A stretch of DNA of 32,000 nucleotides from an uncultured Chloroflexia bacterium (GTDB lineage: Bacteria; Chloroflexota; Anaerolineae; Anaerolineales; Anaerolineaceae): positions 2,820,001-2,852,000 of the forward strand of contig OY969938.1 in assembly GCA_963704755.1 (NCBI GenBank), read 5' to 3'. Numbering within the stretch: the stretch's first letter is position 1; each line of letters starts with the position of its first letter. The position numbers and the translations under genes are program-made. Below are positions 17,194-24,762 of this stretch, one piece after another. A model generated the notes under the pieces. That model was given only the letters and a program-made list of their open reading frames with translations, was not told where the DNA came from and made no database searches.

Positions 17194-17783
17194 TGGATAA
17201 CTCGATTTATAGCAGCCAGATCCAGTCCGCCATGGCTCAATTGGTCATGCAGATGATGGAAAGCCTTGGGAAGACGGGCAGCACGAGTGAGGATAGCAGC
17301 GGCACTCAGGTTACTGCCCCATACCAGTTCGGCTCATCCTTCGGGACGGGAGTCAATGGCGGTTATACCAGTGGTGATCTCACCAGCGGCGATTTTTCTG
17401 ACCTGATCAACCAGGCGGCCCAGAAGTACAACGTGGACCCCGACCTCGTCGCGGCGGTGATCAAAACCGAATCTAATTTCAATCCTGATGCAGTTTCCAG
17501 CGCCGGTGCAGGCGGGCTGATGCAGCTCATGCCGGGGACCGCCAGCAGCCTGGGGGTATCCGATGTCTTCGACCCCGCCCAGAACATCGACGGAGGGGTC
17601 CGTTTTCTCAGTAATTTGCTAAAGCGCTATGACGGCAACGTCCAATACGCTGTGGCAGCTTACAACGCCGGGCCGGGCGCCGTGGACCAGTACAACGGCA
17701 TTCCGCCCTACAGTGAAACCCAAACCTACGTCCAGCGGGTGATGGGCTACCTGGCGACCAGCAATAACGAATGGCAGGGATAG
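17193..17783 (+). CDS. SLT-domain (GH23) lytic transglycosylase embedded in the flagellar operon
   Basis: [29 protein letters not shown]...[10 protein letters not shown] are the SLT catalytic E-S and AYNAG motifs. The GTG start overlaps the fliJ stop by 1 nt. Confidence 0.85.
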   Translation: MDNSIYSSQIQSAMAQLVMQMMESLGKTGSTSEDSSGTQVTAPYQFGSSFGTGVNGGYTSGDLTSGDFSDLINQAAQKYNVDPDLVAAVIKTESNFNPDAVSSAGAGGLMQLMPGTASSLGVSDVFDPAQNIDGGVRFLSNLLKRYDGNVQYAVAAYNAGPGAVDQYNGIPPYSETQTYVQRVMGYLATSNNEWQG

Positions 17784-17785
17784 AT

Positions 17786-18192
17786 ATGAGCAATTTGATA
17801 GTCAATGATTTTCTTTACAGACCGCGCAGCTTGCCCTGGACGGGTTGAGCATGCGACAGCAGGCCATTGGCCGGAATATCGCCAATGTCGATACGCCTGG
17901 CTACCAGGCCGAGACGGTCAATTTTGAAGATGCGCTCAAGAGCAAGCTCGAAGGCGGGACGAAGTTAAAAATGGCGACCACGGATACTGCCCACCTGGCT
18001 GCCCCATCGCAATCGTCAGCGGATACCTTCGATGTGACCCAACGTGTGGGCGGCAGCGAACGAGCCGATGGCAATAATGTGGATATCGATGTGGAAATGA
18101 CCGACATGGTATCGACTGGCGTGCAATACCAGGCGGTGGCCCAATCGGTCAGCAAGCAATTACAGCTCCTGAAGACGATTGCAAGTTCATAA
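17786..18192 (+). pseudogene. flgB: Proximal rod protein FlgB with a 1-nt deletion near codon 9-11 (or assembly indel)
   Basis: ATG at 17786 gives MSNLIVNDFLY..., which stops at 17846-17848. The other frame reads, from 17809, FSLQTAQLALDGLSMRQQAIGRNIANVDTPGYQ...NNVDIDVEMTDM...VQYQA (FlgB). The frames join inside the T-runs at 17809-17816. Total length is 407 nt (3n+2). The intact sub-ORF starts at TTG 17845. Confidence 0.75.
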
Positions 18193-18264
18193 AAAGGGTA
18201 ATTCCTCGGCAGGCCAATGGCCTGGCTTGAGTATTTACAAAAAATTTTAGGAAACGAGGTGAAA

Positions 18265-19653
18265 ATGATCAATGTAGATACGACTTCGGGTTCGTCCCCA
18301 CCGGCAGTCTCAACCCAGACAAAATCGCACACGCGCGAGTTGGATGCTCTCGGCGACCTGGATTTTGTCAACGTGCTGCGGACCCAACGAAAGAAAGATC
18401 GAAAGTTCGACGCTGGCAGCGGCGTGGCGGTGGTCACGCAGAGCAGCTCTCAGGCCGTCAATGACACCGATCCGGATAAGCACTCGGATCCTGCCCAAAA
18501 GGTCGATAAAGTCGATAAGAGCAAGGATAAAGGTTCGCTACAGGAAGCCAAAACAGATACGTCCACAAAGGCGAATCAGGCGGATGACGCCAACGATCCG
18601 GCCGGAAAAACCGGCCAGGCCAAAGCGACCGACCAGGCCAGCAGCACGGACCAAACCGCTGCCGCCAGCCAGGCCGATGCGGATGGCGCGGACGGGACTG
18701 CACCCGCGGTGAACGCGCAGGCCGATACGACCGCTGCTGCCCAGGCAGCCGCGACCCAGGCCACGGATGCGACGGACGCGACCTCCCCACTGACGGACGA
18801 CACGCAGGCAGCCAGCCAGCCGGCCGACCAGGCCTCGACAGACTCGAAGAGCTTGCCGGTCCAACAGGCCCAGGCCGAGGCAGCGCCCAAGACGGCTGCC
18901 CCCGAGACAGCCAAAGCCGCGGACGGGACAGACGCAAAGCAAACGCTCCAGCAAGCCGGCGCCGCCGCCCAGACAACCACCCAACCGGTTGTGCAAGCCA
19001 CCAACGCCAATTCTGCGCAGACAACCGGCCAGAAAGACGACTCGTCCGATGCAGATCAGCCGGTCGAAGGTACCTCAGCCACCAAATCTGGCGCAGCGAC
19101 GACCGATACCTCGGCTTCACAATCGCTGCAGGCGGTCTCGACGTTGAACAGTGCGCCCAGCCAGGCGGCACAGGTTAGCCAGGCGAAGGCGGATGCTCCC
19201 CTGCAGGCTACTTCGATCGTCGAGCAGATCGTGAGCCAGATGGACGGGGCCATCCAGTCCGGTAAGTCCTCGATCCACATCCAGCTTTACCCTAAAGACC
19301 TGGGCGGCATCGAGCTGCATCTGGTCAGCAGTTCACACGGCATAAGCGTATCGCTGTACACCGACCAGGCGGACACGGGTAAATTGCTGGAAAACCAGTT
19401 GAGCCAGTTGCGCCAATCACTGAAAGATGCCGGCGTTCAGCTCTCAAACCTGGACGTAAACCAGGGCAACCAGGGCAATTCTGGCCAGCAAATGAACTTC
19501 GCTCAACAAAGCGGCTCATTTACCCAGCACTCGCAACACGGTGCAGCAGCGTACATCAACCGGTTGGATCGCGAAGATGCAGCCGCTGCCGAAAAATTGA
19601 TAGTTCCGTTCGGCCGGTCAACCAATGCCAGCGGCGTCGACTATCGCGTTTAG
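18265..19653 (+). CDS. fliK: Hook-length control protein FliK
   Basis: Long A/T/Q/D-rich low-complexity ruler region, then a C-terminal Flg_hook-type domain (SSIHIQLYPKDLGGIELHLVSSSHGISVSLYTDQADTGKLLENQLSQLRQSLKDAGVQL). ATG at 18265 follows GAGGTG. ATG at 18217 is an in-frame alternative. Confidence 0.8.
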   Translation: MINVDTTSGSSPPAVSTQTKSHTRELDALGDLDFVNVLRTQRKKDRKFDAGSGVAVVTQSSSQAVNDTDPDKHSDPAQKVDKVDKSKDKGSLQEAKTDTSTKANQADDANDPAGKTGQAKATDQASSTDQTAAASQADADGADGTAPAVNAQADTTAAAQAAATQATDATDATSPLTDDTQAASQPADQASTDSKSLPVQQAQAEAAPKTAAPETAKAADGTDAKQTLQQAGAAAQTTTQPVVQATNANSAQTTGQKDDSSDADQPVEGTSATKSGAATTDTSASQSLQAVSTLNSAPSQAAQVSQAKADAPLQATSIVEQIVSQMDGAIQSGKSSIHIQLYPKDLGGIELHLVSSSHGISVSLYTDQADTGKLLENQLSQLRQSLKDAGVQLSNLDVNQGNQGNSGQQMNFAQQSGSFTQHSQHGAAAYINRLDREDAAAAEKLIVPFGRSTNASGVDYRV

Positions 19654-19671
19654 TTCAGGAGAATAAAAAGT

Positions 19672-20154
19672 ATGTCAACTAACCCTGTTTCTGGATCTTC
19701 ATCCTCCTCGGGGACCCAACAGACTTCTTCGACGACCGGGTTCTCCAGCATGGATGCCTCCGATTTCATGCAACTGTTGATGACCCAGCTCACTCACCAG
19801 AACCCCATGGAACCGATGAGCGATACCGACATGATGAACCAGTACGCTCAGTTGAGCTCCCTTTCCGAGCTGCAGTCGATCAGTTCATTGATGACCCAAT
19901 CAACGGCGATCACCCAGACGGCCTATGCAGCCAGCCTGATTGGTAAAACCGTCACGGTTGCCGTGGATAGCGACACGACCACCCAGGGCGTTGTTTCCGG
20001 CGTCACCACCGAAGACGGCGTCATGATGATCAACGTGGATGACAAAACGTATCCGCTCGGCAACGTGCTTGAAATCAAGGACACCCCAGCAACCGACACA
20101 ACGGAAGAAACCGAAGCAACTGAAGCAACTGAAGAGACCGGAGAAACCGCATAA
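19672..20154 (+). CDS. flgD: Hook assembly/capping protein FlgD
   Basis: 160 aa. DFMQLLMTQLTHQNPMEPMSDTDMMNQYAQLSSLSELQ is the FlgD N-terminal signature. Confidence 0.85.
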   Translation: MSTNPVSGSSSSSGTQQTSSTTGFSSMDASDFMQLLMTQLTHQNPMEPMSDTDMMNQYAQLSSLSELQSISSLMTQSTAITQTAYAASLIGKTVTVAVDSDTTTQGVVSGVTTEDGVMMINVDDKTYPLGNVLEIKDTPATDTTEETEATEATEETGETA

Positions 20155-20577
20155 ATGTCCAATTCCTTCAGCGTCCAGCTCGATCGTGCCCAAAGCGCCG
20201 GCCAGCCCGCTTCTGTTCAAACGAACACCAGCCAGGCGGCGGACGGGGCCAGCTTTGCCGAGACGCTGTCGAAGCTACAGGATGTACACTTTTCCAACCA
20301 CGCTCAAAAGCGCATGGAAAGTCGTGATATTTCATTGAATCAAGACAGTGTCCAGCGCCTGTCAAATGCCATTGACAAGGCCGAAAAGCGAGGCGGAAAA
20401 TCCTCGTTAGTCATGGTGGACGACATGGCCTTTATCGTCAACGTACCTAACCGTACGGTTGTGACCGCACTAGACGCCAATCACCGCGGTGAAGGCGTTT
20501 TTACTCAGATTGACAGCGTAGTTTTTGCCAATTCCAGTGCACCCGAAACCGGGAGCAGCCTGGATATCAAAGGCTAA
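20155..20577 (+). CDS. Small flagellar-operon protein (resembles the family found between flgD and flgE in Firmicutes, TIGR02530-like)
   Basis: 140 aa. FSNHAQKRMESRDISL...SLVMVDDMAFIVNVPNRTVVTAL...VFTQIDSVVF matches my recollection of that family. The ATG abuts the flgD stop. Confidence 0.55.
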   Translation: MSNSFSVQLDRAQSAGQPASVQTNTSQAADGASFAETLSKLQDVHFSNHAQKRMESRDISLNQDSVQRLSNAIDKAEKRGGKSSLVMVDDMAFIVNVPNRTVVTALDANHRGEGVFTQIDSVVFANSSAPETGSSLDIKG

Positions 20578-20649
20578 TCGATCTGGCTTAATCACGGGCA
20601 GGCCCTCTTGGAGGAAGCCTGTGAACCATACCTCAGGAGGCTCTTTACA

Positions 20650-21865
20650 ATGTTACGTTCTATGTTTACGGCAATCAGCGCGTTAAACCTGCACCAGTCC
20701 TATTTGGATGTGGTGGCCAGCAACCTGGCCAATGCCAATACCGTCGGCTACAAAGCCGACCGGGTCCTTTTCGAAGACCAGTTTGCACAAACCCTCAGCC
20801 CCGGCTCCAGCCCGTCCAATGAAATGGGCGGAACCAACCCTATCCAGGTTGGCCTGGGCGTCAAGCTGGGCTTTGTTTCCCCCGATTTTACCCAGGGCAT
20901 GTTACAGAGCACCGGCCGTAACCTCGACATGGCTGTCCAGGGCGATGGCTTCTTTGTCTACAAAAATGGCGGCCAGCAGATCTATTCCCGCGAAGGCGCG
21001 ATGTCGTTCGACTCGAACGGTTACCTGATCAATACTGCCACCGGGATGCGCGTCCAGGGTTGGACGGCCAATAACGGTTCGGTCGATACCAACTTGCCGG
21101 TCGGTGATATTACGGTCCAAACCGATCATACGGTGGCCAGCGCTACCAAAAACGTGACCATCGATGGCAATTTGAACACCGAGACAAAAACAACCGACGA
21201 CCCCATCCCGACCACCATGGGTGTGTACAATTCGTTGGGTGTGCTGCACACCGTAACGGTCAACTTTACCCGCACCGGCGACAATACCTGGGATTGGAAA
21301 ATCGACCCGGCCGATGGCGCCGGCGGCGGCACGTTGACCTTCAATTCAGATGGCCAATATTTCTGCCAGCACCACCGACACCAATATTGTTATCCCCGGC
21401 AGCACCGGCGCGAACGACATCAATATGAAGGTGGACCTGAGCAACCTGACCATGCTTTCCACCGAAAACAGCGCCTCAGTCTCCGAGCAGGACGGCCTGC
21501 CCCCAGGAACCGTCTCGGACGTCTTCATCTCGGCCAATGATGGCACCATGTACCTGGTCTATACCAACGGTATGCGCGAAGAAGTGGGCCAGTTAGCCAT
21601 GGCGCGCTTCACCAACCCGGCCGGCCTGATCCGCTCCGGCGACAGTGGCTTTATCCAGGGCCTCAACTCCGGTGAGCCGGAAATCGGCATCGCCAACACT
21701 GGCGGCCGTGGTTCGATCGCTTCCGGTTACCTGGAATCCTCCAATGTGGACATGGCCCAGGAATTCACCAACATGATCCTGGCCCAGCGTGGCTTTGAGG
21801 CTTCGTCGCGGGTTATCACCACCTCCGATCAAATTCTGCAAGAATTGGTCAACCTGAAACAATAA
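20650..21865 (+). pseudogene. flgE: Hook protein FlgE, split by a frameshift (or assembly indel)
   Basis: The N-part (MLRSMFTAISALNLHQSYLDVVASNLANANTVGYK...) runs to TLTFNSDGQ and then goes out of frame. The next frame continues from about 21350 as ISASTTDTN...SEQDGLPPGTVSDVFISANDGTMYLVYTNG...ESSNVDMAQEFTNMILAQRGFEASSRVITTSDQILQELVNL. Length is 1216 nt (3n+1). ATG at 20650 follows AGGAGG. Confidence 0.85.
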
Positions 21866-22005
21866 TTGGTTCCCTGGCCTTTAAAAAACTGAGGTGCAGC
21901 AGCTTACAACGCAGGCGGCGTAATTCATCACCCTGCTGCACCTTACCGCCGGGCCAATAGCTGGTGGCTGCCTGTTCAGCCGCCTGTGTTTAGGAAGACC
22001 CTGTC

Positions 22006-23355
22006 ATGAACGTTACCGGTCCGCTGCAAGTTACGCCCCAACCGACTACACCCGGGTTTGAGCTCAGCCTGAAGGTAAATCAACGCGTCAGCGGTGAGAT
22101 CTTGCAGGTATCCGGTACCCAGGCCGTCATTTCCGTAGAGGGGATTCCGGTAGTGGCGCGCCTGGCCTCAGCCCAGCAAGGCCTGGACCTGTCTGTCCAA
22201 AAAAGGGCTCATTTTATCGTGACCGAGGTCAGCGGCCAGTCCGTGACCCTCAAGCTGGTCGGGCCGGGCCAGTCCGAAGCGCCCCTGGTCGGCCAGGTGA
22301 TCCCCGAGCGAGACCTGGCCACGCGCCTGCTGGACCAGATCGGCCTGCCGATCAATGCCGAAACCCTTACCTTAACGCGGGCGGCCATCTCGCAGCACCT
22401 GGTGGTTACCCCGGAGTTGCTGCAGGAATTACAGGCTGCCTTGAGCGGGCTGGAAAATTGGAACAACTCGCAAGCCGAACTGGCCGCGGCTCTCAAAGCC
22501 GCCGGCATGCCTTTGAGCGCGGCCAGCAGCCAGGTGGCGCTCGAATCGATGACCCCTTTGAGCACGGCCATCACTCACCTGGCCGACCAACTGCAAACGG
22601 CCTTGATGGCCGACAATACACCGGCGGACGTCAAGGCGCTCATCACCAACGCGCTGGGTTTATTGGAGGCGGCCTCGCCGGATTGGTCCGGCCTGCCGGC
22701 CCAGTTGGAACAACAGCTTAAACAGACGGTGACCACGTTCGGTCGCTCTTTCGAAAACGGGGTATTGAAGGCCGACGCGAATAGCGGGCAGGACTCATCC
22801 ATCAATCCGCTCTTGTCCTTCGTCCACTTACAAACTGACCTGGCCCAGGCCGGCCAAAAGGACCTGTCGGATGCGGTGGCGCATTTTATAAACCAGGCTC
22901 ACGCGGCTCAGTTCCTGAATGTCCACCCCGACCCTACCCCTGGCAGCGGCGCCTGGACTCAATTGAGCTTTATGCTGCACGCGCCGGGCGCGCAAGGCCA
23001 GAAAGCCACTTACCCGGCCAGGCTGCGCATTGCCCGGCGGCCGTCCCCACGCAAGGCCGGCATCGACCCGGGTTATACCCATCTTTCGGTGCAGGTAGAA
23101 GTCGAACCGAGCCAGTATGTCCAGGTAGACTTGTCCCTGGCCGGCAAGCAATTACGGGCAGTCGTGACCGCCCCGGACCCGGTCTGGGGGCAGGAAGCGC
23201 GGACCGAGATGCCCGGTTTGGAACAGGCCCTGGATGACCTGGGGTATTCGGTTCACGATACCCAGGTCAATATTGGCGCCGTGCGCAACGCGGATGGCCT
23301 GCTGATACGGCAGGGCAGCGGTTCAGAATCGCTCTCGGTGGACGTGGAGATCTAG
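22006..23355 (+). CDS. Hypothetical protein with a FliK-like (Flg_hook-like) C-terminal region
   Basis: 449 aa. C-terminal LSVQVEVEPSQYVQVDLSLAGKQLRAVVTAPDPVWGQEARTEMPGLEQALDDLGYSV resembles the FliK C-domain pattern. Lies directly upstream of the FlhB-C-like gene. Confidence 0.45.
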   Translation: MNVTGPLQVTPQPTTPGFELSLKVNQRVSGEILQVSGTQAVISVEGIPVVARLASAQQGLDLSVQKRAHFIVTEVSGQSVTLKLVGPGQSEAPLVGQVIPERDLATRLLDQIGLPINAETLTLTRAAISQHLVVTPELLQELQAALSGLENWNNSQAELAAALKAAGMPLSAASSQVALESMTPLSTAITHLADQLQTALMADNTPADVKALITNALGLLEAASPDWSGLPAQLEQQLKQTVTTFGRSFENGVLKADANSGQDSSINPLLSFVHLQTDLAQAGQKDLSDAVAHFINQAHAAQFLNVHPDPTPGSGAWTQLSFMLHAPGAQGQKATYPARLRIARRPSPRKAGIDPGYTHLSVQVEVEPSQYVQVDLSLAGKQLRAVVTAPDPVWGQEARTEMPGLEQALDDLGYSVHDTQVNIGAVRNADGLLIRQGSGSESLSVDVEI

Positions 23356-23360
23356 CCGCC

Positions 23361-23672
23361 ATGTACCGGAAACTGCGCGTGTATAAGGAAGAACGGGAGC
23401 GCTCAGGGCTGACTGCGGCCGCCCTGAAGTACGATCCGCAGACCGACAAAGCTCCACGGGTGATCGCCAGCGGCAAAGGCAAGATCGCCGAGCATATTCT
23501 GGCCCTGGGCAAAGAGCACAACGTGCCCATCTACGACGATCCCGAGCTGGCCGCAGCGCTCTCCATGGTCGATTTGGAAGAAGAGATTCCACCCGAGCTG
23601 TACCGCGTGGTGGCTGAAGTGCTGGCCTACATTTATCGGGTGGCCGAGGTCCACGGCAAGAAGAGGAAGTAG
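23361..23672 (+). CDS. Stand-alone FlhB C-terminal-domain-like protein (EscU/YscU/HrcU switch-domain family, YlqH-like)
   Basis: 103 aa. AAALKYDPQTDKAPRVIASGKGKIAEHILALGKEHNVPIYDDPELAAAL...IPPELYRVVAEVLAYIYR matches the FlhB/EscU cytoplasmic-domain pattern. It lacks the NPTH autocleavage context. Confidence 0.75.
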   Translation: MYRKLRVYKEERERSGLTAAALKYDPQTDKAPRVIASGKGKIAEHILALGKEHNVPIYDDPELAAALSMVDLEEEIPPELYRVVAEVLAYIYRVAEVHGKKRK

Positions 23673-23862
23673 CTTTTAGCCTGTAGGTTGGGTTGCGGGC
23701 TCATTAATGGAGCTTGGGTATAAGCGGGGTCTCTGGTTATCTAAACCCTGCCCGTAACCCAACATCCTATATGACAAATGCTTCTCCCTCATCCCCCGGC
23801 CCCTTCTCCCAGAAGCGGGAGAAGGGCCAAGAATGGTACCCAACGTGCCTTTGGTACAGCCC

Positions 23863-24046
23863 GTAGGTTGGGTTGCGGGCTCATTAATGGAGCTTGAGTA
23901 TAAACAGGATATTTGGCCATCTAAACCTTGCCCGTAACCCAACACCGGCAATCGCCAAACGCAACGTTGGGTTGCAGGCAGAGCCTGGTTTGGGAACCGC
24001 CCTCCATGCTGGCCGGGACAATAATTGAGCCCGCAACCCAACCTAC
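23863..24046. mobile_element. 184-bp MITE-like unit (module A+B) with 21-bp perfect terminal inverted repeats
   Basis: Begins GTAGGTTGGGTTGCGGGCTCA and ends TGAGCCCGCAACCCAACCTAC. No coding capacity. A second full copy lies at 24278-24461. Confidence 0.5.
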
Positions 24047-24277
24047 TTTACTGCGGTGTAATCTCTTGGCCGCCGTTGAAGGCAATCGCCAAACGCAACG
24101 TTGGGTTGCGGGCGGGGCCTGGTTTGGGAACCGCCCTCCATGCTGGCCGGGACAATAATTGAGCCCGCAACCCAACCTACTTTACTCTCTCTTCTCCGCG
24201 CCCTCTGCGCCTCTGCGGCGTAATCTCTTGGCCGCCGTTGAAGAGCGGCCTCGGCCGACGGAATGGAGGGAGAGCCC

Positions 24278-24461
24278 GTAGGTTGGGTTGCGGGCTCATT
24301 CGTGGAGCTTGGGTATAAGCAGGGTCTCTGGTTATCTAAACCCTGCCCGTAAACCAACACCGGCAATCGCCAAACGCAACGTTGGGTTGCGGGCGGGGCC
24401 TGGTTTGGGAACCGCCCTCCATGCTGGCCGGGACAATAATTGAGCCCGCAACCCAACCTAC
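24278..24461. mobile_element. Second 184-bp MITE-like unit with the same 21-bp terminal inverted repeats
   Basis: GTAGGTTGGGTTGCGGGCTCA...TGAGCCCGCAACCCAACCTAC. Colinear with 23863-24046, with scattered substitutions. Confidence 0.5.
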
Positions 24462-24762
24462 TTTACTCTCTCTTCTCCGCGCCCTCTGCGCCTTGGCGGT
24501 GTAATCTCTTGGCCGCCGTTGAAAAGCGGCCTCGGCCGACGGAATGGAAGGAGAGACCGGGCCGATCCGCTTTTACTAAACACTCTTTCCTGCCCTTAGC
24601 TCCATAAGCTCCGTTTTTCTCCGTGGGCTCCGTGCCTCCGTGGTGAAACTCTTTTTCCCGTTCCCCAAAGCATTGCGGCCTTGTTGATCTCTCTTTGTGA
24701 TGGTAGGATTTTTACGTGCGCATTAATTTGATGCGCAGGAATCTTTGTGTTGAGGTGTCTTT

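Larger units (their letters stand above)
23683..24560. repeat. Mosaic cluster of nested palindromic repeat modules (A, B, C) plus a G/C-rich hairpin module
   Basis: Module A (about 81 bp) at 23683-23763, 23863-23943 and 24278-24358. Module B (about 100 bp) at 23944-24046, 24081-24180 and 24359-24461. Module C (about 95 bp) at 24181-24275 and 24462-24557, with a partial copy at 24047-24080. GGCCCCTTCTCCC-agaagc-GGGAGAAGGGCC at 23798-23828. Confidence 0.85.

Noticed and set aside
23676-24456. ORFs 23676-24041(-), 23921-24175(-), 23928-24158(+) and 24043-24456(-), with repetitive peptides (MGCGLNYCPGQHGGRFPNQA...)
   Set aside because: They are translations of the palindromic repeat modules, so the same peptide recurs because the DNA repeats. 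They have no RBS or start context, and they overlap each other on both strands.
23683-24560. Possible CRISPR array
   Set aside because: The repeats are 80-100 bp, internally palindromic, of three different types, and directly abutting. There are no regularly spaced unique spacers and no cas genes in the window.
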